Below, piece after piece: positions 19,442 to 28,580 of a stretch of DNA of 64,000 nt. How positions within the stretch are numbered: position 1 is the stretch's first letter; each line of letters begins with the position of its first letter. The translations under genes and the position numbers were made by a program. The DNA is taken from IMG/VR virus record IMGVR_UViG_3300024348_000004; one strand, given 5' to 3'. The notes beneath the pieces were generated by a model, which saw nothing but the letters and a program-made list of their open reading frames with translations, did not search any database and was not told where the DNA came from. Source of the DNA: a virus.

Positions 19442-19738
19442 ATGGATGTAGCACAACTGATTAATGATTTCGGGTTTCCCGTTGTCATGGCAGTAGGACT
19501 AGGTTACTTCATATATTATGTGTGGTGGTTCATCGGTGAAAAGATTGACCCACAAATTGAAGAAATGCATATGGCACTCATTAGAGTCATAGACCAAACT
19601 AGAATGCTTGACCAAGATATGATTAGGTTACAGCAAAAAGTTGATGTAGTGTTAGAGTATCGTGCTAGACAAGAGGTACTTGAAGATGCAGAAAAAGAGA
19701 AGGCCTTTGAAAAACAAAAGAAAACTACTAAAGGGTAG
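19442..19738 (+). CDS. Small membrane protein (TM + coiled coil)
   Basis: LINDFGFPVVMAVGLGYFIYYVW; LIRVIDQTRMLDQD. Confidence 0.75.
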   Translation: MDVAQLINDFGFPVVMAVGLGYFIYYVWWFIGEKIDPQIEEMHMALIRVIDQTRMLDQDMIRLQQKVDVVLEYRARQEVLEDAEKEKAFEKQKKTTKG

Positions 19739-20576
19739 TTACGACTTATACATTATTAACGCTTGTAATTTACACTGCAAAGGATGTAGTGTATTAGATT
19801 ATAAAGGTAGGGTTACAATAGGGCATATGACCACTGAGGACATAAGTCAATTGATAACCAAGTTGGACAGTTTGGGTATTATACTTGAAGAACTCAAGAT
19901 TTTAGGTGGAGAACCTACACTTCATAAAGAGTTCAGTAGCATAATTGGTATGTTACTTGCATATAAAGGTGTGGTGTTCAAAAAGTTGACGGTGGTAACA
20001 AATGGATTACTGTTAAAACCTAAAGTGGTAGAGACACTTAAGTTAGTAGACCATGTTATCGTTTCGGTGTATCCGAACATGCCAGTAGACCAAGAGATGA
20101 GGAAATCGGGAATTGCAAATGAAATTTCCGAAGAGACACTCTTAGAGTTTTGGCCACAAAGTTTGTTTGAACAATACGGTGTGGCAGAAACTAGAAGTGG
20201 GTTGGCACCCTCGGGAACTACTGCAGAGGAGAACTGGAATAACTGTTGGCAAAAAGATAACTGTTTGACATTGACTACCAAGGGTCTATATCATTGTACA
20301 ATATCAATGAATGAAGACTCAGATATGCAAGAGTATACTACGGCAAAAGAGTTAGTAGAGTTTGTGGAACGTGGGAAACCTTTGGATATGTGTTCGAAGT
20401 GTCCATGGCCACCGAAGATGGGAAAATGGTCTTCGTTAAAACCTGAAATAGACTCTAAGAATTATATTAAAGGCGTGGAACTGATACACGCAATTGAGGT
20501 GGACAATGAGAAAGATATTAGCGGTAATGATAATGTGCTTCACGGTAAGCGCATACGGTACGGAGATAGTACATAA
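19686..20576 (+). CDS. Radical SAM protein with C-terminal Cys cluster (Twitch/SPASM-like)
   Basis: CNLHCKGC, GGEPTLH, VTNG, C-terminal CW..NC...YHC...CSKC; start uncertain. Confidence 0.88.
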   Translation: MQKKRRPLKNKRKLLKGSYDLYIINACNLHCKGCSVLDYKGRVTIGHMTTEDISQLITKLDSLGIILEELKILGGEPTLHKEFSSIIGMLLAYKGVVFKKLTVVTNGLLLKPKVVETLKLVDHVIVSVYPNMPVDQEMRKSGIANEISEETLLEFWPQSLFEQYGVAETRSGLAPSGTTAEENWNNCWQKDNCLTLTTKGLYHCTISMNEDSDMQEYTTAKELVEFVERGKPLDMCSKCPWPPKMGKWSSLKPEIDSKNYIKGVELIHAIEVDNEKDISGNDNVLHGKRIRYGDST

Positions 20577-20994
20577 GTTTAAAAATCCGTCATTTAGTGG
20601 GCAGGGAACTGGTTCACACTATTTGACAATTGAAAACCAAGAGTCAAGTCGTAAAAAAGCGATAAAGGACTCTCTTGAGGCTGCTGCTAAAGCGGCAGAA
20701 AGGGCGGAAGAGAATACTACGCTAGCTAAATTTATAAGAAATTTAGAAAGCAGAATTTATGCTGAGATGTCAAAACAGTTAGTTGAAAATATGTTCAACA
20801 ATGACAATCCAGTAAGATACGGTTCCTTTGTATTAGAAGGGTCAACTGTAACGTATGAAGTTATAACGAATGGAGATGGTACAGAGTTTATTAAAATGAC
20901 CATCATAGATTCGAATGGAACAACAACAGTTATCGAAATACCAATTGGTAGTGGTAATTTCGGGAGTGATGGCGATGCGAATTCTGGCGGTTAG
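20506..20994 (+). CDS. csgF: Curli assembly protein CsgF-like
   Basis: Signal peptide then EIVHKFKNPSFSG (CsgF F-x-NP-x-F motif); upstream of csgG. Confidence 0.85.
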   Translation: MRKILAVMIMCFTVSAYGTEIVHKFKNPSFSGQGTGSHYLTIENQESSRKKAIKDSLEAAAKAAERAEENTTLAKFIRNLESRIYAEMSKQLVENMFNNDNPVRYGSFVLEGSTVTYEVITNGDGTEFIKMTIIDSNGTTTVIEIPIGSGNFGSDGDANSGG

Positions 20995-21859
20995 TTTTTT
21001 ACTAATACTTACAGGTTGTGCATCCATACCACAATGGTCAGATGTACCACAAGATTGTAATGATAAAGCAGGAAAATATGCTGAGGGTCTAGATAGACAC
21101 TTGACTATGGGAATCCAAAAACAATTAGCACGAAAATATATTTGTGTTGATGAACCCGAAAATGTAAGACTACCATCTTACATTCAGTTGTTGGAATTAC
21201 CTGCTGCTGAAAGTCGACCAGTAGTTGCAGTATACGGATTTATAGACAAGACAGGACAAAGAAAAGCAAGAGAAGGAATAGCAGACTTCTCTACTGCAGT
21301 TACACAAGGTGGAACTGAAATGCTAATTGATGCACTTAAGACTGCTGGTGGTGGAACATGGTTCCGTGTAGTCGAGAGACAAGGATTAGATAACCTAGTA
21401 AGAGAGCGTCAAATTATTAGGTCTGCTAGAGAAGAGATTGGTAAAGAAGGTGTTGCACCACTTCTATTTGCTGGAATGCTTCTCGAAGGTGGTGTAATTG
21501 GTTATGATACAAATTTAGAATCAGGTGGACGAGGCGCACGTACACTTGGCATAGGTTTTAGTAAGCAGTATAGAAAGGATGCAATCACAGTTTCATTACG
21601 TGCAGTATCAGTTCTTACTGGTGAGGTTTTGTTAAACGTCCAAACAAGAAAGACTATCCTTTCTTATGGTTCTGGCGGAGACTTGTTTAGGTTTTATGAA
21701 CAAGGAACTCAACTAGTAGAGTACGAGGACGGTGTGGGTAATAATGAGTCAGTGACATACGCTACACGTACTGCTGTTGAAGCAGCCGTGTATGAGTTAA
21801 TTATCCAAGGACACGATAGGGGTTTTTGGAGTATAGAAGGAAGAGAAAAATATGAATAA
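20975..21859 (+). CDS. csgG: Curli secretion channel CsgG (lipoprotein)
   Basis: Lipobox LILTGC; VAVYGFIDKTGQRK, FSTAVTQG, WFRVVERQGLDNLVRERQIIR, EGGVIGYDTN. Confidence 0.95.
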   Translation: MRILAVSFLLILTGCASIPQWSDVPQDCNDKAGKYAEGLDRHLTMGIQKQLARKYICVDEPENVRLPSYIQLLELPAAESRPVVAVYGFIDKTGQRKAREGIADFSTAVTQGGTEMLIDALKTAGGGTWFRVVERQGLDNLVRERQIIRSAREEIGKEGVAPLLFAGMLLEGGVIGYDTNLESGGRGARTLGIGFSKQYRKDAITVSLRAVSVLTGEVLLNVQTRKTILSYGSGGDLFRFYEQGTQLVEYEDGVGNNESVTYATRTAVEAAVYELIIQGHDRGFWSIEGREKYE

Positions 21860-22589
21860 ACTAAGAAGTTTAAGTATATTATGTATTTTGTGTGGATTCA
21901 CAAACATGCTCTCAGCAGCAGCCTCTGACGATAACGAAATCAACATAAATCAAACTGGTGACACTTTGACGTTGTACATCGACCAAATAGGTTATGGTAA
22001 CAAAATAGGACTTGATAACTTTGACAGTAGTTCAAGTGCTATGCCAATTACTGGTGTGTCATTATCGTTCAATATAGACCAAATAGGTAATAGTAACCTT
22101 CTTTTTGGTAAGGTAACAGCTGACAGTTCAACATATGTTTTAGAGTGGAATGGTAGCTCTAATGTTTGGGATTGGATGATTGGAGAAACAGGTTCATCTG
22201 ATAGTTCTAACTATCTAGTTGATATCACTGGAGATTCAAACACTATGGATTTAGACCAAGGTTCATTGGTTAGTGCGGACAGGTTAGATTTTGATTTAAC
22301 AGTTTTGGGTAGTTCAAACGTATTTGATGTGGATATAGAAACAAATGATGTCACATGGAATATGGATATTACAGGTGCTTCTAATAATATTAATACATTG
22401 CAAAAGGATGCTAACTATCATTCTCTCACCATGGAGTTAAATGGTGACGGCGCAGATGTTGACATAAACCAACTAAGTGGTACATGTCCTACAGGTATTA
22501 ACACTTGTAAGGGTATAATCACATTAGATATTACTAGTGACAACTCAACCATACAGATTAATCAGAAAGACACAACTACTGATTCTTAA
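21852..22589 (+). CDS. Curlin-like secreted beta-repeat protein
   Basis: Signal peptide; repeated (Q/x)-x-G-x-x-N units (DQIGYGN, DQIGNSN, ITGDSN, VLGSSN, ITGASN). Confidence 0.75.
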   Translation: MNKLRSLSILCILCGFTNMLSAAASDDNEININQTGDTLTLYIDQIGYGNKIGLDNFDSSSSAMPITGVSLSFNIDQIGNSNLLFGKVTADSSTYVLEWNGSSNVWDWMIGETGSSDSSNYLVDITGDSNTMDLDQGSLVSADRLDFDLTVLGSSNVFDVDIETNDVTWNMDITGASNNINTLQKDANYHSLTMELNGDGADVDINQLSGTCPTGINTCKGIITLDITSDNSTIQINQKDTTTDS

Positions 22590-23691
22590 TCTGATGCTCA
22601 TTAGTGGGGTCGCATCTGCAGACCCCATTGGTGGTATTGTTGAGTCATTAGGTGTAGGGTCTATACTGAGAAACAATCAACCATTGGGTCATAATGTTGG
22701 GACAGATATAGTCCTGTACGATGAAGCGGTGACTGCTAAAGGTAGAATGTTAATTGAGTTTTTGGATAATGAGGAATTATCATTAACTGAAAATTCTAAA
22801 GTGTACATAGATGAAGTTTACTATGACCCAAACCCATCGCTGTCTAAGATGTCATTACGTATGGCACAGGGTACAGCAAGATTCGCTTCGGGTGCTGGTA
22901 CTAAGATAAAGAAAAAAAATATCTCGGTACAAACACCTACTGCACAAATTTCAATCAATGGTACAGATTTCACGACAACCGTGGATGAGCTCGGAAGGAG
23001 TCTCATAGTACTTTTGCCAGATGACGATGGCATTTCTTCAGGTGAGATTATAGTTACAAATCAAGGCGGTTCTGTTACAATTAACCAAGCATATGAAGCG
23101 ACAATGGTTAGTAGTATATCGACTGCACCATCACCATCAATCATAATACAAAACATCACTCCAGCAATTATTGACAATATGTTTATTGTTAGTCCGCCAA
23201 GAGAAATACAAGACCAAATTAATCAACAAGTTGAAGACGACCTAGATAAAGACAAAGGGGCTCTTGACCAAGATTTCTTAGCATTCGATGAATTGGAACA
23301 AGATGCACTAGAGAACACTCTTGCAGATTTAGATTACAATGCATTAGACATAGATTTTCTAGATGTTGATTTCTTGGTGGATTTACTAGATGTTGTTGAA
23401 GAACTTGTTAGGACAACAGCAAAACTTGCTGATGCACAAAAACCTACAGGTGTAGCAAAGGGTGAGTTCACACTTGATGGTGGAACCTTTGGTAGGAACC
23501 CCGACAGTCAATACAATATCTTTCTAGAAGACGGTGGAATTGTTTTCTATAGAGATGTTGATGGAGTTATCAGTTTACGGTTCGCTGGTGGCTCTTCTGT
23601 GACATTAGAAACCTTCGTAGACGGTTATGAAGGAATCATTACCACCAATGGTGGTAGCGATAGTGTAGTTGTTATTAAACAAACGAACTAA
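22537..23691 (+). CDS. FecR-domain periplasmic protein
   Basis: Signal/TM; IEFLDNEELSLTENS, GTARFASG, VQTPTAQISINGTDF, GEIIV; start uncertain. Confidence 0.85.
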   Translation: MTTQPYRLIRKTQLLILNLMLISGVASADPIGGIVESLGVGSILRNNQPLGHNVGTDIVLYDEAVTAKGRMLIEFLDNEELSLTENSKVYIDEVYYDPNPSLSKMSLRMAQGTARFASGAGTKIKKKNISVQTPTAQISINGTDFTTTVDELGRSLIVLLPDDDGISSGEIIVTNQGGSVTINQAYEATMVSSISTAPSPSIIIQNITPAIIDNMFIVSPPREIQDQINQQVEDDLDKDKGALDQDFLAFDELEQDALENTLADLDYNALDIDFLDVDFLVDLLDVVEELVRTTAKLADAQKPTGVAKGEFTLDGGTFGRNPDSQYNIFLEDGGIVFYRDVDGVISLRFAGGSSVTLETFVDGYEGIITTNGGSDSVVVIKQTN

Positions 23692-23708
23692 ATAGTAAGA
23701 GGAAACAT

Positions 23709-23855
23709 ATGAACGTATTTAAAAAAGTTGTAAAATGGCATAAGACATGGACGTATCGCATACAAGACGCTTACGATATCGATGATTATGACCTAATATG
23801 GTTTTATTATTTTCAAGGAGTTGCTACGGTAATTATTTTACAATGGATTATATAA
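23709..23855 (+). CDS. Small membrane protein (48 aa), not in ORF track
   Basis: GAGG SD, ACTAAATA upstream; C-terminal TM. Confidence 0.6.
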   Translation: MNVFKKVVKWHKTWTYRIQDAYDIDDYDLIWFYYFQGVATVIILQWII

Positions 23856-24562
23856 AGCAAACATTCATAGTGCTAGTCTTAGGACTAGCACCCTTAGTCT
23901 TAGCAGACAACGAATTGACCATAGAACAGAGTGGTGATACTTTTCAATTAGGTGTAGAGCAAATTGGACACAGTAATGAAATCCAAATGTTAGATAGTAA
24001 TTCATATATTACAGCAACAAGTTTAGACATGTATTTAGTACAAGTGAACACGAGTCATACCGCTCTTCCTAATAGAATTACCTTTGATGAAATAAGTGGC
24101 ACAGGTAATCAAATGAAATTAGGTCAAGGTATTGATTGGACTGATATTACATCAGACACCGACTTATCTTGGAATTATGATGGATGGGAAGGTGGTGGAC
24201 ACGAAATGGATATCACAATGTACGGTGATTATAATCAATTAGCAGTACAACAAACAAACCAATCAAACGCATCGGATGGTCATAACTTTGATTTACATTT
24301 AGCTGGTGATAATAACGAAGTTAAAATAAAGCAACAAAGTAATGGTGTAAAGAGTACAAACCTTACGATTTACAATGACTACAACGATGTATTTGTTAGA
24401 CAGAAAGGGAATGGTGCTACACACAATGCCAATATTACTCTTGACGGACTATATGGAACTGATTTAATTTTAAAGCAGATGAGTGCAACAAACCAATTGT
24501 ATAATGTATCCGTAAACTGCTTAACAGTAGGTGGTTGTAGTGTATCGGTTACACAGGAGTAG
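23843..24562 (+). CDS. Second curlin-like secreted repeat protein
   Basis: Signal peptide; EQSGD, EQIGHSN, YGDYNQLAVQQ, AGDNNEVKIKQ, NDYNDVFVRQKG repeats. Confidence 0.75.
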   Translation: MDYIKQTFIVLVLGLAPLVLADNELTIEQSGDTFQLGVEQIGHSNEIQMLDSNSYITATSLDMYLVQVNTSHTALPNRITFDEISGTGNQMKLGQGIDWTDITSDTDLSWNYDGWEGGGHEMDITMYGDYNQLAVQQTNQSNASDGHNFDLHLAGDNNEVKIKQQSNGVKSTNLTIYNDYNDVFVRQKGNGATHNANITLDGLYGTDLILKQMSATNQLYNVSVNCLTVGGCSVSVTQE

Positions 24563-24646
24563 TTTCGAAAAGTACATACGTAGAAGGTATGGATATCCTT
24601 TAATGCATATTGGAAATTTTGTTGATGTGTATGTCTAAATAGATGT

Positions 24647-25099
24647 ATGGCATATTCAGAAGAAGTAGTAAAAAGATTCGAAGCAGTTCTTGCAAATCCC
24701 AAGAAACATTCAGTTGGTAGATTAGACAAAGACGACCCCAAAGTTGCAACTGGACTTGCAGGCGCCCCTGCTTGTGGAGATGTCATGCAACTTCAACTAT
24801 TACTAGATGATGATGAAAGAATCATCGATGTAAAATTTAAAACATATGGTTGCGGAAGTGCAATCGCAAGTTCATCTATGTTTGTAGATATGATGATGGG
24901 TAAAACCGTTGAAGAAGCAAAACTCATCAAAGATAAAGATATCGCAGATGCATTAGACTTACCACCAATCAAACTACACTGTAGTGTCTTAGCTGAAGAT
25001 GCAATCAGAAAGGCAATGATTAATTACGAAAGTAAGAAAAATTCTAAAATCGGACACAACAATCCACCACCACTTTCGAGAGAGGACTTTATAGAATGA
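24647..25099 (+). CDS. iscU: Fe-S cluster scaffold IscU
   Basis: GAPACGDVM, FKTYGCGSAIASSS, LPPIKLHCSVLAEDAI. Confidence 0.96.
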   Translation: MAYSEEVVKRFEAVLANPKKHSVGRLDKDDPKVATGLAGAPACGDVMQLQLLLDDDERIIDVKFKTYGCGSAIASSSMFVDMMMGKTVEEAKLIKDKDIADALDLPPIKLHCSVLAEDAIRKAMINYESKKNSKIGHNNPPPLSREDFIE

Positions 25100-25311
25100 G
25101 TGAATGTCCTCAACCTATCGAGTGGGACGATGAACTCGAATCATCAGAACTTGAATTAGGAGATGTAGAAGCTGCATCCGATTTCGTATGGCAGGTTCTC
25201 TTCCTATCACCAATAGAGTTAATTTACATAGGTGTATCAATGTCAGTTCTGGCAACTTATGGATTAAGCATTTACTATATGTTTAAGTGGATACAAAAGA
25301 AATTTAGTTAA
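25096..25311 (+). CDS. Small membrane protein
   Basis: ATGA/TAATG coupling; C-terminal TM. Confidence 0.65.
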   Translation: MSECPQPIEWDDELESSELELGDVEAASDFVWQVLFLSPIELIYIGVSMSVLATYGLSIYYMFKWIQKKFS

Positions 25312-27152
25312 TGTATAATTGGAAGACAGTCTTAGTGACTATCGGGTTACTAGTAGGACTTAAAATTTGGTCACCATACATTGTAGAAAATATACAATGG
25401 TCATGGTTTGATTTTCTACATCAACAACAACCTGTACTTCAAGTTGACGATATCATACTTGTTGATATTGATGAGAAGACATTAGAAACATATGGACAGT
25501 ATCCATTACCAAGAAACATCTATGCTGAAATTATGTTGGAAACACATTGGAGTAACACTCATGTGTTCACCCAACTGTTTAAAGAAGTCGATAGATTCGG
25601 TGGTGACGAGATATTTGCTGAAGGTCTAGTAAATAGACTTTCTATTCTATCTTCAGCTCCAACAATACAAAAAGATACAGGAACTGCACCTTTCGTCAAT
25701 ACTTCAGTGTTTGGTGGGGGTGTTATAGAAGATAACATCTGGCAGTTTTCAGGAATTGCATCTCCAATCAGGATACTTCAGGACAATACTTACGGTGTTG
25801 GAGTAAGTGTAACCACACCTAGTGTATCGGGAACACCAAATTTTGATGGTACAACTCGCTCTGCACCCCTATTAGTTCTTGCAAATAATCAAATCTATCC
25901 AAGTGTTGCACTAGAAACACTACGTGCTATACAAGACCAACCTTCGTATCAGACCCGTGTAACTGAATCAGGGATAGAATGGATTAGGATGGGACGTGCT
26001 AAACCAATAACCACCACACCAACTGGTGATGTGATGATATCATATTGGAACCAATTCAAAAGAGTTAGTGCTAGTGAACTCTCTAATTCAGATTATGAGA
26101 ATAAGATTCTAATATGGGGTTTGACTGCTGAAGGTCTGAATAATCCAGTGTCAACTCCAGTGGGTGTATTATATCCCCACGAAGTGCAAGCGAACCTAAT
26201 CCAAACCGTTTCGCAAGAAGTTCAAATACAACAATCTTACTATCTCGAATTGCTTGAGATTGCTCTTTTGGTGATAGCACTTCTAAGTATTCTACTCGTG
26301 GTCTACAATGTTCCCACAATTTTTGCGGGTCTAGTGAGTCTAGGTATTGTTGGATTTCAGGTGGGTGGGGGGTTCTATTTGTGGACTTCGTCTTTCGTTC
26401 TTTTCGATACTTTCTACTCATCGATAGCCTCCTTGATGATTTTCGGTCATGCTTCCTTCAACAAATACTATACGACCTACCAACTCAAAGAAGAAATTAA
26501 GAAGCAGTTCCAAAAGTATTTATCGCCTGACATGGTTGACCAACTCGCTGAGAACCCCGAATTATTGAAACTTGGTGGAGATAGAAAGGAACTTACCTTC
26601 ATGTTTATGGACATATGTGGATTCACCCCCATAAGCGAACACTACATGAAACAAGATGACCCCGAAGGATTAGTAGAACTTGTCAATAAATTTCTTGACA
26701 TGCAGACAAAGATAATCCTAAATAATAATGGAACAATCGACAAGTATATGGGAGATTGTATTATGAGTTTTTGGAATGCACCGTTAGATTGCCCCGACCA
26801 TGCCGAGATGGCAGTCAAGTCTGCAGAAGAAATACTAATCGCAACCAAGGAACTTAATGAAGAACTCAAACCACTCGGTCTTCCCCCTATCAATGTTGGT
26901 ATTGGTATTAACACTGGTGAGTGTATCGTTGGAAACATGGGGTCAGAACTTAGATTTGACTATTCCGTCATTGGAGATGCCGTCAACCTTGGTGCTAGAC
27001 TCGAAGGACAAACACGAAATTATGATGGGGTGGACGTGTTGCTGGGCGAAGAAACATATAGACAGTGTCCATCTAGAGCATTCACTAAAGTCGATAGAAT
27101 CCTTGTCAAAGGTAAATCTGAAAAAGTTACCATTTATACCCCCACCAACTGA
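25311..27152 (+). CDS. CHASE2-domain class III adenylate cyclase
   Basis: IILVDIDEKTLETYGQYPLPR (CHASE2), TM bundle, FMDICGFT, TIDKYMGD, FDYSVIGDAVNLGARLE. Confidence 0.93.
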   Translation: MYNWKTVLVTIGLLVGLKIWSPYIVENIQWSWFDFLHQQQPVLQVDDIILVDIDEKTLETYGQYPLPRNIYAEIMLETHWSNTHVFTQLFKEVDRFGGDEIFAEGLVNRLSILSSAPTIQKDTGTAPFVNTSVFGGGVIEDNIWQFSGIASPIRILQDNTYGVGVSVTTPSVSGTPNFDGTTRSAPLLVLANNQIYPSVALETLRAIQDQPSYQTRVTESGIEWIRMGRAKPITTTPTGDVMISYWNQFKRVSASELSNSDYENKILIWGLTAEGLNNPVSTPVGVLYPHEVQANLIQTVSQEVQIQQSYYLELLEIALLVIALLSILLVVYNVPTIFAGLVSLGIVGFQVGGGFYLWTSSFVLFDTFYSSIASLMIFGHASFNKYYTTYQLKEEIKKQFQKYLSPDMVDQLAENPELLKLGGDRKELTFMFMDICGFTPISEHYMKQDDPEGLVELVNKFLDMQTKIILNNNGTIDKYMGDCIMSFWNAPLDCPDHAEMAVKSAEEILIATKELNEELKPLGLPPINVGIGINTGECIVGNMGSELRFDYSVIGDAVNLGARLEGQTRNYDGVDVLLGEETYRQCPSRAFTKVDRILVKGKSEKVTIYTPTN

Positions 27153-27456
27153 ACCACCAACTAATCTCGATTGGGTCTTATTTGTAGGACTACAAGCAGC
27201 AGATATCTATACCACATACCGTGGACTAAAATATGATTGTGTAAAGGAGGCAAACCCAATATTCGGAGAACGTCCCGATTTAAACGATTTGTTTGAGAAA
27301 AAGTTTATCATACTTGCACCAGCATTATTATATGACTATGATACTCAACAACTTACAAGTAAGTCAATGATGGGTTTGAATACTTTTATGACAATAATAA
27401 TAGTGAATAATCTCCACGTCCTCGATAGAGCTAAAACCTCTTGTAAAAAAAGATAA
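26857..27456 (+). CDS. Hypothetical membrane protein (real start probably near 27030-27150)
   Basis: LQAADIYTT...EANPIFG motif with hydrophobic segments; 5' part overlaps the cyclase. Confidence 0.55.
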   Translation: MKNSNHSVFPLSMLVLVLTLVSVSLETWGQNLDLTIPSLEMPSTLVLDSKDKHEIMMGWTCCWAKKHIDSVHLEHSLKSIESLSKVNLKKLPFIPPPTEPPTNLDWVLFVGLQAADIYTTYRGLKYDCVKEANPIFGERPDLNDLFEKKFIILAPALLYDYDTQQLTSKSMMGLNTFMTIIIVNNLHVLDRAKTSCKKR

Positions 27457-27572
27457 AAACCCCTTGAAATTTTAGAAAAAACCCATATAATAGTAGTATG
27501 GTGTTATAAATACCATTGTAATGCCCATTAGGGGTTACATAACATTAACTTGCTTAATAAAGGAGAAAAACT

Positions 27573-27998
27573 ATGACACATTTCAATGATGTCTTCGGGA
27601 AATTTTCAACAGAATTCCCATTCGCAATCGGGTTCGACAGAACTCTTCAACTATTAGAACGTGCAGATGTGCAATCTAATTCTAACTATCCACCTTACAA
27701 TATTGTAAAACATGATGCAGAGAACTTCTCTATCGAACTTGCAGTAGCTGGATTTACCAAGAAAGATATTACTATCTCAAAAGAGAAAGAAGTTCTTTCA
27801 ATCGAAGGTAAACAAGAGGAAGGAGACGAACTTGAGTATGTCCATAAAGGACTCGCATCACGTTCATTCAAAAGAACATTCACACTTGCAGACGACATTG
27901 TCGTTAAAGGTGCAGACATGAAGAATGGTATTTTGAGTGTTAGTTTAGAGAGAATTGTGCCTGAGGAAGACAAACCTCAAGAAATCAAAATTTCTTAA
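27573..27998 (+). CDS. Small heat shock protein (Hsp20/IbpA)
   Basis: IGFD, NYPPYNI, IELAVAGF, HKGLASRSF, NGILSVSL. Confidence 0.95.
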   Translation: MTHFNDVFGKFSTEFPFAIGFDRTLQLLERADVQSNSNYPPYNIVKHDAENFSIELAVAGFTKKDITISKEKEVLSIEGKQEEGDELEYVHKGLASRSFKRTFTLADDIVVKGADMKNGILSVSLERIVPEEDKPQEIKIS

Positions 27999-28081
27999 AA
28001 ACCCTCTTTACGATACACCCTTTATATTGTATACTGGGTGTATCTTCTATATTATGTAGAAGCGATATAAAGGAGAAAACT

Positions 28082-28579
28082 ATGTTAAATGTAGGTGATA
28101 AAATCCCTCAAGTGAATCTTCCGATTCAAGTCGATGGTGAATTCAGAACTTTGGATACACTTAAACAACTAGAGGGCAAAAGAGTAATTCTTTTTGCATT
28201 GCCAGGCGCATTTACTCCAACATGTTCCAACCAACAACTGCCAGGATTTGATTCCATGTTTGAACAGTTTGATGAGAAGGGCATTGAAGAGATTTATTGT
28301 TTGTCTGTTAACGATACTTTTGTTATGAACAGTTGGTTCGAAGCACAAGACGTACAGAGAGTTTATCCACTGCCTGATGGTAATGGTGAATTCACACAAG
28401 CAATGGGTGCCTCAGTGGAAAAAGGTAACGTAGGATTCGGTATCAGAAGTTGGAGATATGCCATGGTTATAAACGATGGTGTTATTGAACAGATGTTTAC
28501 TGAAGAAGGTCAAGATGATAACATCAATAGTGACCCTTACGAAATATCAACTCCCGAGAACGTATTAGAGAATCTTTAA
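28082..28579 (+). CDS. Peroxiredoxin (Prx5-type)
   Basis: LPGAFTPTCS, SVND, DGNGEF, RSWRYAM. Confidence 0.95.
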   Translation: MLNVGDKIPQVNLPIQVDGEFRTLDTLKQLEGKRVILFALPGAFTPTCSNQQLPGFDSMFEQFDEKGIEEIYCLSVNDTFVMNSWFEAQDVQRVYPLPDGNGEFTQAMGASVEKGNVGFGIRSWRYAMVINDGVIEQMFTEEGQDDNINSDPYEISTPENVLENL

Positions 28580-28580
28580 T

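Noticed and set aside
24563-24646. IscR site or ncRNA upstream of iscU
   Set aside because: Only weak pairing and no convincing consensus; a late promoter explains the region.
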